Source: Acidimicrobiia bacterium
GTDB taxonomy: Bacteria; Actinomycetota; Acidimicrobiia; Spongiisociales; Spongiisociaceae
Direction of reading: 5' to 3'
NCBI GenBank assembly: GCA_041576165.1
Contig: JBFGLM010000019.1
Location: forward strand, 1 to 64,000
DNA: 64,000 bases
Positions 20,939 to 30,908 of the stretch are shown piece after piece. Position 1 is the stretch's first letter. Every line of letters starts with the position of its first letter. A model generated the notes under the pieces. It was given only the letters and a program-made list of their open reading frames with translations, was not told the origin of the DNA and ran no database searches. The position numbers and the translations under genes are program-made.

Positions 20939-22071
20939 CCACCAAGATCCTGCTGGTCGACGATGAGAAGAACGTCCTGGATGGTTTTCGACGCAACCTC
21001 CGAAGGTACAAGCTGACAACGGCGCTCGGACCGCGGGAAGGCCTCGAGGAGATCGAGAAGAACGGCCCATTCGCGGTGGTGGTGTCCGACCTGCAAATGC
21101 CGCACATGAACGGCATCGAGTTTCTCTCCAAGATCGAAGCGGTGGCACCGAAGACGATCCGGATCATGCTCACGGGCCAGGCTGACGTGAACGTCTCCAT
21201 CGCCGCGGTCAACGAAGGCCATGTCTTTCGCTTTTTGACCAAACCGTGCCCGCCGGAGCTGCTGGCGGCGACCCTGAACGATGCGCTGGAGCAGTACCGG
21301 CTGATCGAAGCCGAACGAGAGTTGCTGGAGGAAACACTCCACGGCGCGGTGCAGGTGCTCACCGACGTACTTGCCCTGGTGGACGAGGGAAGTCAAACGT
21401 TTGCAGCTCAGGTGCAAGCGACCGTGACCAAGATGTGCAACGCGGTGGGACTGGAGGGATGGCAATACGAGCTGGCCGCAATGCTCTCGCAACTCGGCAA
21501 CCTCACGTTGCCCGGCGAGACAACCGCCAAGCTCAATCGCGGCGCGCCGTTGACCGACCACGAGAAGGCTATGGCCGATCAGGCGCCTCAGGTCGCCTTC
21601 CGCCTGCTGGAACGCATTCCCCGGCTGGATGTAGTCGCGGCCATCGTGCGCGGTCAGGCCGAGCCTCCCCCATTCATCCCCGGTGACCCGACCGACATCG
21701 TGGCCGCGGGCGCCAACCTTCTGCATTTCGCAGTCCGCTACCACCGGCTCGTCGCGTCGGACCGGCCGGATTCCGAGGTCAGAACGGTGCTGGAGAACGC
21801 CGCCGACGACGAATTTCGCGCTGCGTTGGTGGCCGCCCTGTTCACCACCGACGAAGCTGCGTGGGAGGAGGCGATCCTGCCCGTCCGCTCGCTGGACGTA
21901 GGTATGGTTCTCGGCCAGGCGGTTCGGGCAAACAACGGCGTGTTGCTGCTCTCAGAAGGGCAGGCCCTCAACGCAGCGTTGCTAGAGCGTTTACGGGTGT
22001 TCGCCGGCGGCGTCGGCGTGGAAGAACCACTCCGGGTCCGATACCAGACGAACCGAAGCGTCGCCGCCTGA
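20935..22071 (+). CDS. Response regulator with degenerate HD-like output domain
   Basis: REC (LVDDE, SDLQMP, TKP); AAMLSQLG where HD-GYP proteins have LHDIG. Confidence 0.82.
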   Translation: MTTKILLVDDEKNVLDGFRRNLRRYKLTTALGPREGLEEIEKNGPFAVVVSDLQMPHMNGIEFLSKIEAVAPKTIRIMLTGQADVNVSIAAVNEGHVFRFLTKPCPPELLAATLNDALEQYRLIEAERELLEETLHGAVQVLTDVLALVDEGSQTFAAQVQATVTKMCNAVGLEGWQYELAAMLSQLGNLTLPGETTAKLNRGAPLTDHEKAMADQAPQVAFRLLERIPRLDVVAAIVRGQAEPPPFIPGDPTDIVAAGANLLHFAVRYHRLVASDRPDSEVRTVLENAADDEFRAALVAALFTTDEAAWEEAILPVRSLDVGMVLGQAVRANNGVLLLSEGQALNAALLERLRVFAGGVGVEEPLRVRYQTNRSVAA

Positions 22072-22112
22072 GGTACCGGCGCCCGGCGTGGTGAGCCGAC
22101 CGGTCTATTCGT

Positions 22113-22433
22113 TCATCCGCCCGGCGGGCGATATTCGACTACCACCTCGGCGATCTCGTCGACTTCCTCCGGCGTGATCAGCACCGTTGTTGACGGGGCC
22201 ACCGAACCGGACGCGGCCACGGTCATCGCCACAGCAGCCGCGGTCGTGTTGTCGGGCATGGAACCGATCACGATGACGTCGTCGTCGCCGAATGCGTAGT
22301 AGAAAGCGTCGAGGCTGCCGCCCAGGCTCTCGAACAGCTTCTCGATCGTGGCGCGTCGGGAAGTGCCCCCTTCCTTGAGAGTCCCCTTCAATCCATCGCC
22401 GGTCAGCTTGGCCCGAATCAGATACTTGGGCAT
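22113..22433 (-). CDS. GYD domain-containing protein
   Basis: MPKYL...GG.SRR..ESLGG.L..FYYAFGDDDV pattern. Confidence 0.85.
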   Translation of the reverse strand: MPKYLIRAKLTGDGLKGTLKEGGTSRRATIEKLFESLGGSLDAFYYAFGDDDVIVIGSMPDNTTAAAVAMTVAASGSVAPSTTVLITPEEVDEIAEVVVEYRPPGG

Positions 22434-22503
22434 CCGTTTCCTCCTTGATGGAACCCGACACAGTGTCGCGCCGCGACCTGCGGCACGACAAGTAGCGGTT
22501 CGC

Positions 22504-23529
22504 TCAAGGCGACCTCGGGGTGGCCAGTGTGCCTGCCTGACGGTCTGTTATGTGCCCCGCTCGGTGGAGCCAGACGACGGTGTCGAGCATCGTCGTGTCC
22601 AGCGGTGTGAATTCGATCCCGAGATCGTGCACCGCGGCTGAGGACTCGGCGACGTCGCCGTTGGCCAGCAACCAGGGAGCCTCGAACGAGATTGCCGGCT
22701 CTATGCCGAACCGGTTGCGCGCCCAATCGGCCAGACGTCCCGTCCCTATCGCCACCCCGTGCGGCACCGGGATGGACCATAGGTTGCGCCCGGCCAGCTC
22801 GCCGACGCGGGCGATGGCGGCACGGAAGTCGATGTTGTGGCCCACAACCACATAACGGCGGGGCCCGCCACCGGGCTCGAGAACAGCGACGAGGGCGGCG
22901 GCGACGTCCCGGACGTCGCTGATCGGGAGGTTGCCGCCGTTGAGCACCCGCATCTTGCCCTGCAGCGCGTTCTTGACCAGCTGCGCACTCTCGCCGAGGT
23001 ACGGGTCGTCGGGGCCCCAGACGGACCCTGGATAGATGATGACCACCGGGTGGCCATCTGCCTGGAGCCGCCGGGCGATCAGGTCCGCCACAGCTTTGGA
23101 GTTGCTATAGGCCGGTTCGGGGGTCCCGACCTCGGAGTCGGGAGTGATCGGGCCGTCGGACGGCAGCAGGGCAACGAAACTCGACACGTGCACGATCGGG
23201 TCCAGTCCGGCCTGGACCGCCTCGCCGAGCACGAGTTCGGTGCCGTGTTGGTTGACGTGGTTCATGGTCTCGACCCGTCCAGGATCGAACGTGAAGACGT
23301 TGGCCGCATGGATAACCGCCTCACAGCCCGTCAACGCCTTCGTCACGGCGTTACGGTCGGTGACATCCCCGACCTGGACCTCAGAGGGATTGACGCCATG
23401 GGGGCTGAGCGCGGGCTCCACCCGGTCCTCGGAACGGACGAGGAGCCGCACCGAGTGACCCTGCTTGATGAGCGCCGCCACGGTGTGGGAGCCGACAAAG
23501 CCGGTACCGCCGGTTATCAATACCTTCAT
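22504..23529 (-). CDS. NAD-dependent epimerase/dehydratase (dihydroflavonol reductase-like)
   Basis: TGGTGFVG, HVSS, YSNSK. Confidence 0.88.
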   Translation of the reverse strand: MKVLITGGTGFVGSHTVAALIKQGHSVRLLVRSEDRVEPALSPHGVNPSEVQVGDVTDRNAVTKALTGCEAVIHAANVFTFDPGRVETMNHVNQHGTELVLGEAVQAGLDPIVHVSSFVALLPSDGPITPDSEVGTPEPAYSNSKAVADLIARRLQADGHPVVIIYPGSVWGPDDPYLGESAQLVKNALQGKMRVLNGGNLPISDVRDVAAALVAVLEPGGGPRRYVVVGHNIDFRAAIARVGELAGRNLWSIPVPHGVAIGTGRLADWARNRFGIEPAISFEAPWLLANGDVAESSAAVHDLGIEFTPLDTTMLDTVVWLHRAGHITDRQAGTLATPRSP

Positions 23530-23593
23530 AGGGGCCTGCCTCTCGCAAGTGTCCCAATGCTACCGGGAGCGACGCTGGGAACCCCGGGAGCAG

Positions 23594-24133
23594 CTATGAG
23601 GCCGAGCCGGACTCGGGTCCGGGCTGAAGCGTCCGCATGAACACTTGCATCCCGTAGTGAATGGCAATCAGGCCGCCCAGCTCCATGATCTGGGCCTCGG
23701 TGAAATGCTTCTTGCCCTCGTCGTAGAAGGCTGCGTCTACCTTTTTGGGATCCCGGTACATGAGGTGGGCGTAGCGCAGAGCCCATTTCTCGGCATCGGT
23801 GAAGTGAGGATCATCCTCGAAGTCCTCGCGTCCTGCCTCGATTTGCTCTTCAGTCAGCCCGGCGGTGATCGCCGGTTGGGAACGGAGTGCCGAGAAATAG
23901 GGGTCTCGTGCAGTCCGGGCCAGCTGAATCCGGATGATCTCCTTCAACCGGTGATCGACGCCGCCTTCGAACAACGCCTCCGCCATGGCCCCGGTTATGG
24001 CTTCGGCATACCCGGGCACGTGCGCCAAGATCTTGGCAAACCTCCCGTCAGCGTCTCCCAGGCGTTCCATGAATTCAAAAGCCGGACCTAATCGCTCGGT
24101 TTCGTGCTCGTCGAGGACCTTCGGACTGGGCAT
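23594..24133 (-). CDS. AhpD/carboxymuconolactone decarboxylase family protein (no CxxC)
   Basis: VDHRLKEIIRIQLAR, FTDAEKWAL.YA, FTEAQIMELG; Cys-free at the usual CxxC site (RDPYF). Confidence 0.85.
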   Translation of the reverse strand: MPSPKVLDEHETERLGPAFEFMERLGDADGRFAKILAHVPGYAEAITGAMAEALFEGGVDHRLKEIIRIQLARTARDPYFSALRSQPAITAGLTEEQIEAGREDFEDDPHFTDAEKWALRYAHLMYRDPKKVDAAFYDEGKKHFTEAQIMELGGLIAIHYGMQVFMRTLQPGPESGSAS

Positions 24134-24141
24134 GTCTTCTC

Positions 24142-24798
24142 CTAAGTCGGTGCGTCCGCCTCGGACTCAGCCAGCGCCTTCAGCACCGCTTCGCTGCGGT
24201 GCGAGCCGGGTGTGTCGCCATAGATCCGTTGCGATTCCTCTTGGCTCACCAGGCGCCCGTCGGGGGAGAACATCGGGTAGAAGTCGAGTGTCCGAAAGAA
24301 CGTGTGGTAACCGACGTTGAAGCCGATGAAGGTCCCAAGCTCCACGATCTCAGCCTCGCTGTAGTACTGACCGAGCCTGGCGTAGAAGACCGGATCGATC
24401 TTCTCCGGGGCAAACTGCATAAGCTCGCTGTATTCGAGGGCGATCTTCTCGGCTGGCGAGAACTCGGAGCTGTTGCGCCAATTGTCGATCCCCTCGTCGA
24501 TCCGCTCTTCGGTCAGTCCGTTCCGCTTCGCCGAAGCGGATCGCACGTTGCCTCAGTAGTTGCAGCTGGCGGCTCGGGAGAGTTGAACCCGGATGATCTC
24601 TTTGAGGTTGTGATCGATCGCGCCGGTGTTGAACACCGTACCCCACGCGACATAGAGCGCCTTGGACAGTGCCGGATTGTGACCCTGGATGGCGTGGAAG
24701 GCCGGGTCAGGGGCCCGGTGCTTCAGGCACTTCTTGACGAACCCGGCAAGTTCGGACTCCATGAGTTCGTCGATGTCGAGCAAGGTGATATTTGACAC
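24142..24798 (-). CDS. AhpD/CMD family selenoprotein (Sec82 at in-frame TGA 24553-24555)
   Basis: GGAGGAG RBS and GTG at 24798; frame continues IDHNLKEIIRVQLSRAASCNY-TGA-GNVRSASAKRNGLTEE...FSPAEKIALEY...YSEAEIVELG, colinear with the adjacent CMD paralogue; hairpin just 3' of the TGA. Confidence 0.82.
24522..24540 (-). promoter_or_regulatory. Candidate bacterial SECIS hairpin
   Basis: mRNA about 12 nt after the UGA reads UCCGCUUC-GGC-GAAGCGGA (8-bp stem, G-containing loop). Confidence 0.6.
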
Positions 24799-24854
24799 TG
24801 GTCTCCTCCGGGTCTTCCGAGACTCTATCTCACAGCGGTTCGAGTGGAATCGGG

Positions 24855-25304
24855 CTAGGCCTTCCAGCCGGACCCTCCGAACAGGCGAACCGCGTAATAG
24901 GCCAGTGTTCGGCGCCAGGCGGGTACACCTTCCTGTTCCATGATCCGGCGGAAGAGCTGGTCGGCCTCTTTGCGGGTATAGGTCCGGGGTGGCTCGGCTG
25001 CGCCCGGCGGTGGACGCCCTCCATAGGCGTAGAGCCAATCGTGCATCAGGGGTGCGGTCACCGATAACTCGAACGGCGAGATGAGCCACCAGAAGGCGCG
25101 CGGCACCGAAGCCAAGTCGAACTCGAACCCGGCGGCGACGGTCAGACGAGTCGGCCCGTCCACATACAGGTAGTCCTCTTCGAGTCTCCAGACCTCGCGT
25201 TCCGGCAAGTAGGTGAGGACCGGCGCCGGCAGTCGCGATGCGGTGATGTCGACCGGTTCGTGCTGAAGTCGGTACGCGGATTCGTCCACCGCCTCCCTCC
25301 CCAT
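24855..25304 (-). CDS. DUF1353 domain-containing protein
   Basis: AGFEFDLASVPR, MHDWLY, RKEADQLF, YYAVRLFG. Confidence 0.88.
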   Translation of the reverse strand: MGREAVDESAYRLQHEPVDITASRLPAPVLTYLPEREVWRLEEDYLYVDGPTRLTVAAGFEFDLASVPRAFWWLISPFELSVTAPLMHDWLYAYGGRPPPGAAEPPRTYTRKEADQLFRRIMEQEGVPAWRRTLAYYAVRLFGGSGWKA

Positions 25305-25401
25305 GTAGCCATACCGCCAAGCCTACGCCCACCGTCCAGGTTTGAGCCGCGGAGCGCGCCGCAGGCGCCAACCCCACCATTGGGTGGTGCACCGCCGCAG
25401 A

Positions 25402-27048
25402 TCATCGGACTTCGCAGTCCGTCACCGGCAGGCCAACCTCGAGCGCGTACGAGCGGATGGCCTCGCGGCGGCTCGATTGGATCTGGATCGCGTCGCATGT
25501 CGCCTCCAAAGCCGCTTCCGGCAACGAAACCGAGGAGTACAGCGACGCGGCCGCCAGCAGCATGGCGGCGCCGTCGAGTGGACCAACCGCATGGCCGAAC
25601 TCAGTCAAGCTGTCGGCCGCGCCTACCCGCCCGCGCCGTTCCTCGACCGGCGTGTAGAAGGTGAAGAAGCTGTCGACTTGCTGCTTGGTCCAGCCGGAGA
25701 CATCGGGTTGGGCTCCAAGCAGTGCCACGTATACCGGCGCATCCTGTGGCACCAGATTCGGGTCGGCCGCGATGTGCAAACTGAGGGGTGGGCGCAGGTC
25801 TCGTCCTGTGTAGCGGGGCCAGCCGGCGAACGGTGTTCGATATAGGCCGAACGGGCGTACCGAGTCGTACAGGACCACCGCACCATCCGCCGTCTCGGTG
25901 TCGAGGACGGCGGAGACCGCCCGCCAGTCGGGAAACTCCTTGGTGGAGAGCTGAGTCCAGAGCCCGCCCAGAGACCACAACGCCAGACCAGCGACAACCG
26001 CTAGGCCTGTTCCCGCCAACCACCAGCGGGACCGCCCCTCCACTGCGACATGGGTGATGGCTCCGGCCAGCGCCGCCAGCGGTGGCCACCAGGAGAAGAC
26101 GTAACGGTCGAAGTACGGCTGGCTCTCGGGGGTGCGTAGAAAGAAGAGCAGCGCGAAGCCGATCGGCACTGCCACCAGCGGCCAGAACCACCAGAGCCCG
26201 GCGACACGAGTTCGCACCGACGGCCATGCGCCGGCAGTCAACGCGACTACCAGTCCGAAGATGCCAATCTCCTGAGAGAGGACCTCTGGCAATTCGGAAC
26301 CAAAACGGGAAAGGCCACCCCAGGACACGCTGGCGTCCACCGTGTACTCGGCCAGCTCTGACGACAGGCGCACAAACACGGGTATCTCGACCAGCACCAA
26401 CCCGGCAACCGCGGCGGCAACGGGGAGTTTCCACCGTGTTTGGGTGACCTCATGGTTCTGGATGCGCAAAACCGCGAGCCAGGCGGCAGTGGCGGCCAGC
26501 ACTATCGGGGGCTCGACGGTCCGGGACAGCGGGAGCAGGAGAGCGGCCACGACGGCAATCGCTCCGCCGAGCTTGGATCCTTCCCGGAGCCATCGGTCGG
26601 ACTCCTCCAAGAACAGCAACGTGAGAAAGAGGGGGAGCGCGTACGGGCGCGCATACGCGGTCACTGCAACCAGGCCGGGAGCGATGGCCATCAACGCAAT
26701 CGCCACCGGCGCCCCGATCCCCAGCCTCGACCCGTTGAGGAGCAAACCCAGAACTATCAATGACCCGATTCCCCATAGCGCCGGCAGCAATCGTTGGTGG
26801 ATGTCGCCGACACCGATCACCCGTTGGAAGGTCGCGTTGAGGAGCGGATCGAGGGGCGGCTGCTCTTGCGCAAAACTCGCATCGACGATCTCACCAAACG
26901 ACCAGCTGTAGGACCGAACCTGGCGCAGCTCGTCGATGTTGTATGGCTCCTCCAGGACCGCAATGATGAGCACCAGCGCGCCCACCACCACGCCGAGGAC
27001 CGAAGCGATCAGAACTGCGCGGGACGAGGACTGTGTCACCCGGACCAT
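25402..27048 (-). CDS. GT-C fold membrane glycosyltransferase (ArnT/PMT-like)
   Basis: Acidic DE in the first loop (YNIDELRQ), QPPL, YARPYAL, roughly 11-13 TM segments and a soluble C-terminal region. Confidence 0.75.
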   Translation of the reverse strand: MVRVTQSSSRAVLIASVLGVVVGALVLIIAVLEEPYNIDELRQVRSYSWSFGEIVDASFAQEQPPLDPLLNATFQRVIGVGDIHQRLLPALWGIGSLIVLGLLLNGSRLGIGAPVAIALMAIAPGLVAVTAYARPYALPLFLTLLFLEESDRWLREGSKLGGAIAVVAALLLPLSRTVEPPIVLAATAAWLAVLRIQNHEVTQTRWKLPVAAAVAGLVLVEIPVFVRLSSELAEYTVDASVSWGGLSRFGSELPEVLSQEIGIFGLVVALTAGAWPSVRTRVAGLWWFWPLVAVPIGFALLFFLRTPESQPYFDRYVFSWWPPLAALAGAITHVAVEGRSRWWLAGTGLAVVAGLALWSLGGLWTQLSTKEFPDWRAVSAVLDTETADGAVVLYDSVRPFGLYRTPFAGWPRYTGRDLRPPLSLHIAADPNLVPQDAPVYVALLGAQPDVSGWTKQQVDSFFTFYTPVEERRGRVGAADSLTEFGHAVGPLDGAAMLLAAASLYSSVSLPEAALEATCDAIQIQSSRREAIRSYALEVGLPVTDCEVR

Positions 27049-27055
27049 GGCTGTG

Positions 27056-27742
27056 TCACCGAGACAATTCGCTCACATACAGCTTGAGAAAACGTAGGCC
27101 AGTGGGGATGGCCTTGGCGTTGGATTCGCCACCAATCCGTTGTCCCTCGTGGGTGGGAAACTCGACCACCTGAGCTCGGCGCTGGTAGGCCCGGATCGAT
27201 GTCTGGTATTCGATCGTGTATCCGGGCCCGTCCGGGTCCAGCCGGTCCCAGGCGTCCATCGTGATCGCGCGGTAACCGTTGATCATGTCGGTGATTCTCG
27301 GCTGTCCCCGGCCCCAGGTGAGATATGCGAGCCAGTTGAAGAACAAGTTCGCCCATTTGCGCGGTCGGAACCAGCTCGAGTCCTCTTCGTTGACCGCTCC
27401 CGGCATCATCCGGGAGGCAATGACCAGGTCGGCGCCCGTCTCCAGGTACGGCCGGAAACGAGGTATGTCGGCCGGATCCTCATTCCCGTCTGAACTGAAG
27501 AATATGAGGGCATCGGCCTTGTCCCGAGCGTGAGCGAATGCCAAACGGAAGGCTTCGCCTCGACCCGGGCTTGTCTGACCGAGAACCTCGATCCCGTGAT
27601 CCCGCAGGATGTCGGGCGAGGAATCGGACGAATTGCCGTCGACGGCGAACACCAGATCAACAGCCTCGGTGGGCAGGTGGGGGAGCAGGTGGGGCAGAGC
27701 TTCCGCTTCGTTGCGATTGAGGATGGCCAGCCCGATTCTCAC
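27056..27742 (-). CDS. GT2 polyprenol-phosphate glycosyltransferase (DPM1-like)
   Basis: [43 protein letters not shown]; GTG start overlaps the gmd stop. Confidence 0.85.
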   Translation of the reverse strand: MRIGLAILNRNEAEALPHLLPHLPTEAVDLVFAVDGNSSDSSPDILRDHGIEVLGQTSPGRGEAFRLAFAHARDKADALIFFSSDGNEDPADIPRFRPYLETGADLVIASRMMPGAVNEEDSSWFRPRKWANLFFNWLAYLTWGRGQPRITDMINGYRAITMDAWDRLDPDGPGYTIEYQTSIRAYQRRAQVVEFPTHEGQRIGGESNAKAIPTGLRFLKLYVSELSR

Positions 27743-28755
27743 TGCGGGCCGTCCCCGGTCGACTGTCCCGTCTCCAGACTCAGCCCGGCTTCTTGCATCT
27801 CTGCATGGACCATTTCCCTGACCAGCTCGCGGAACGTCACCTCCGGTTTCCAACCCAGCTGTTCCGTGGCTTTGGTCGCATCGGCACACAGGACGTCGAC
27901 CTCGGCGGGGCGGAAATAGCGCGGGTCGACCCGAACGTACCGTTCGGGGTCCAAGTTCACCAATGAGAACGCTTCGATCACGAACTCGGCCACGGAGTGG
28001 TCTTCGCCGGTCCCGATCACCCAATCGTCTGGATGCGGATGCTGCACGATCATGTGTACGGCGCGCATGTAATCCCGAGCGTGCCCCCAGTCCCGCCTCG
28101 CTTCCAGGTTTCCGAGGTAGAGGTAGTCCTGGGTGCCTGTGAGCAGACGAGGGATCGCCATGGCGATCTTTCTGGTGACGAAGGTCTCGCCCCGCCGGGG
28201 GGACTCGTGGTTGAACAGGATCCCGGTGGAGGCGTGCAAGTCGTAAGACTCCCGGTAGTTGATGGTCGCCCAATGGGCGTAGGCCTTGGCGACGGCGTAG
28301 GGGGAGCGGGGATGAAAGGGCGTGTGCTCGTTCTGGGGAGGCGTGGACGCCCCAAACATCTCGGAGCTGGAGGCCTGGTAGAAGCGGCAATCCACCTTGG
28401 AGTCACGGATCGCTTCGAGCAGCCTCGTCGTCCCGAGCGCAACGATGTCCCCGGTGTATTCGGGGACATCGAAGCTGACCCGCACATGGCTTTGTGCTGC
28501 CAGGTTGTAGATCTCGGTCGGTTCGATTCGGGTGATGAGGCGGGCGAGCTGAGACGAAGAAGCCAGGTCCCCGTAATGGAGATGGACCCGAACATCTTCT
28601 TCGTGCGGGTCCTGGAATATGTGCATGATCCGACCCGTATTGAACGACGACGACCGCCGGATGATGCCGTGCACCTCGTAGCCGTGCTCGAGCAAGAGCT
28701 CGGCCAGGTAGCTTCCGTCCTGGCCGGTGATCCCGGTGATGAGGGCTCGTTTCAT
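27739..28755 (-). CDS. gmd: GDP-mannose 4,6-dehydratase
   Basis: [61 protein letters not shown]. Confidence 0.97.
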   Translation of the reverse strand: MKRALITGITGQDGSYLAELLLEHGYEVHGIIRRSSSFNTGRIMHIFQDPHEEDVRVHLHYGDLASSSQLARLITRIEPTEIYNLAAQSHVRVSFDVPEYTGDIVALGTTRLLEAIRDSKVDCRFYQASSSEMFGASTPPQNEHTPFHPRSPYAVAKAYAHWATINYRESYDLHASTGILFNHESPRRGETFVTRKIAMAIPRLLTGTQDYLYLGNLEARRDWGHARDYMRAVHMIVQHPHPDDWVIGTGEDHSVAEFVIEAFSLVNLDPERYVRVDPRYFRPAEVDVLCADATKATEQLGWKPEVTFRELVREMVHAEMQEAGLSLETGQSTGDGPQ

Positions 28756-28774
28756 CGTGTCCTTCCTCACGTCA

Positions 28775-29914
28775 TCATCGTGCCAACGAGTCAGTGAGCG
28801 CATCCACCATCTCAATCGAGACATGGTGCCCGTTGCCGACGTACAGGCCGCACTCGTGGATGTGATCCGCCACGGGAGAGGCTCCCCCGTAGGGGCGCAA
28901 ACCGTACTCCGCCGCAAATGGCTGGCGCAAAAGGTTGCCCGCCACCACTGGGCGGCTCTCTATGTCCAGCTTGGCGACGACCTCGACGACCCCGGCGGCT
29001 GCTGCCTGGTCCCGGGCGATCAGCGGGAGCGCGAACGAGCTCATGCCATCGGTTCGGTAGTCGGTCCACAACCACGCCGGGGCAGTATCCAGAAAATGTG
29101 CCATGTTCCGATTCCGAACGCCGATGCGCTCGTCGAGACGCTCGAGCTGACGCAGGCCCAAGAACGCGTTGACTTCGGTTGAACGGAAGTTGAGGCCCGC
29201 CGAGACGAACAGGAAGCGGGCGTCGTGGTTGGGATGCGCTGACGAATGTGCGGCGTATCGGGTTGTTTCGCGGGCCAACCCATGTCCCCGCATCAGTCGA
29301 AGCTCTTCGGCCAACTCCGGCTCGTTGGTGGAGATCATGCCCCCTTCGATGGTGGACATGTGGTGCCCGTAGTAGAACGAGAAGGTCGAGCCCAGACCGA
29401 AAGTGCCGACTTTGTCGGAACCGTGGCGGGCGCCATGAGCTTCACAGCAGTCCTCGAGGACAACGACGTTGTGGCGATGGGCCGCTTCCAGCACCTCGTC
29501 GGTGAGGGCATCGAGCCCGAGAAGATGAGTGACAAACAAGATGTCGATCTCATCGTGCTCGATGGCCGCCAGCACCTGCTGGGCATCCACTCCCAGGGTT
29601 TGGCGATCGACATCGAAGACCACGACTTCGTGCCCCAGCAGCAGCGACGGCGTGACGTTGGTGCTCCATGTGACTGCGGCCACCCCGACCCGGGGCCGGC
29701 GCGACAAACGGCGGGCGACGGTGGCGACAAGCGCAAAGTTGGCCGTGGTACCCGAGCTGACGAAGACGGAATCGGTGACCCCCAACCATGCCGACCACTG
29801 ACGCTCGAACTCCCACACGAGCTCACCCTGAGTGAGTCGCTGGTGCGTACGGAGCCACGAGGCCAGGGCGTCGACATCGTCTTCGGTGACCGTATCGCTA
29901 GCTAGTCGCCACAT
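28775..29914 (-). CDS. PLP-dependent sugar 3-dehydratase (ColD-like; DegT/DnrJ family)
   Basis: [20 protein letters not shown] and [14 protein letters not shown] (His at the usual Lys position), RPVVAGN. Confidence 0.8.
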   Translation of the reverse strand: MWRLASDTVTEDDVDALASWLRTHQRLTQGELVWEFERQWSAWLGVTDSVFVSSGTTANFALVATVARRLSRRPRVGVAAVTWSTNVTPSLLLGHEVVVFDVDRQTLGVDAQQVLAAIEHDEIDILFVTHLLGLDALTDEVLEAAHRHNVVVLEDCCEAHGARHGSDKVGTFGLGSTFSFYYGHHMSTIEGGMISTNEPELAEELRLMRGHGLARETTRYAAHSSAHPNHDARFLFVSAGLNFRSTEVNAFLGLRQLERLDERIGVRNRNMAHFLDTAPAWLWTDYRTDGMSSFALPLIARDQAAAAGVVEVVAKLDIESRPVVAGNLLRQPFAAEYGLRPYGGASPVADHIHECGLYVGNGHHVSIEMVDALTDSLAR

Positions 29915-30821
29915 GGTCCCGATACCAGTCGACAGTGGATTTAAGCCCCTCACCCAGACCGGTCTCGATCGCCGGCCACGCCGGAATGAGCGAGCGCAGT
30001 CGAGCGGCCGATACGTCCTTGCGGATCTGGCCATCGGGCCCACTGCCCGAGAACAGCACCTCGCCTGTGAAGCCGACAGCGTCTGCGGCCATGGCGGCCA
30101 GCTGCCGGATCGAATGCTGACGGGCGGGTGCCACGTTGAGGGACACGTTCAGCGCCGGCCCGCCGGCGATCTTCGCGACGAGCGCGGCGAGATCCTGGAC
30201 ATACACGTATTGGCGCAAAGCGATTCCGGTGCCGAAGAACTCGACCTTGTCTTCGCCGGCTACCCGGGCGCGTTCGGTTTTGTCGATAGCGGCCGCCAGA
30301 AAATGGCTGCTCTCTTCCCCGAAGTGGTCGCCGGGACCATAGAGGTTGGCCGGGATCAGAGCCGTGTACGGGACGCCGTATTGTCCGTGGAGCGCTTGGG
30401 TTCCGTGCCACAGAGCACGCTTGGCCGCGGCGTACGCGGCGTTGGTCGGCGGGGGCGGACCCGCCTCGATCATGTCTTCGTTCAGGGGATAGTGGTCGTC
30501 GGCCAGCCGGTCTGGGTACATGCACGTCGACAGCATTGAGATCAGGTGCTGGGGCCGGTGTCGTCGCAGAGCGTTCAGGATGTTGGCGTCGATCCGGAGA
30601 TTGTCGATGAAGAAGTCCGCCTGTCGGGCGATGTTGGCGGTGATCCCACCAACCCTAGCGGCCAGGTGCACCACGGTTGCCGGGCGCCACTCGTCAAAGG
30701 CGTCATCGACCGCCTTGCTGTCGGTGAGGTCGAGGTCAGTCGACGAGAGTGCGCGCGCTTCGGGAAGCTGGGCGGAGACGGCGCGCCCGAGGAAACCGCT
30801 GCCGCCTGTGATGAGAAGCAC
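29898..30821 (-). CDS. GDP-L-fucose/GDP-colitose synthase (Fcl/ColC-like epimerase-reductase)
   Basis: TGGSGFLG, HLAARVGGI.AN, STCMYP, YAAAK, PANLYGPGD.F, SHFL, GTG.ALR, PDGQ.RK. Confidence 0.9.
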   Translation of the reverse strand: MLLITGGSGFLGRAVSAQLPEARALSSTDLDLTDSKAVDDAFDEWRPATVVHLAARVGGITANIARQADFFIDNLRIDANILNALRRHRPQHLISMLSTCMYPDRLADDHYPLNEDMIEAGPPPPTNAAYAAAKRALWHGTQALHGQYGVPYTALIPANLYGPGDHFGEESSHFLAAAIDKTERARVAGEDKVEFFGTGIALRQYVYVQDLAALVAKIAGGPALNVSLNVAPARQHSIRQLAAMAADAVGFTGEVLFSGSGPDGQIRKDVSAARLRSLIPAWPAIETGLGEGLKSTVDWYRDHVATS

Positions 30822-30908
30822 GAAGTCCTCGCTGAAGATTGAACAAGAGGGTCGGGCCGGAGATTAGCCGCCGCGAACGCTCGCTCAGTCGCAGCCCCCT
30901 GGTACGTA

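Noticed and set aside
24799-25392. Long N-terminal extension of ORF 24553-25392
   Set aside because: It overlaps the DUF1353 gene in another frame; the RBS-supported start is GTG at 24798.
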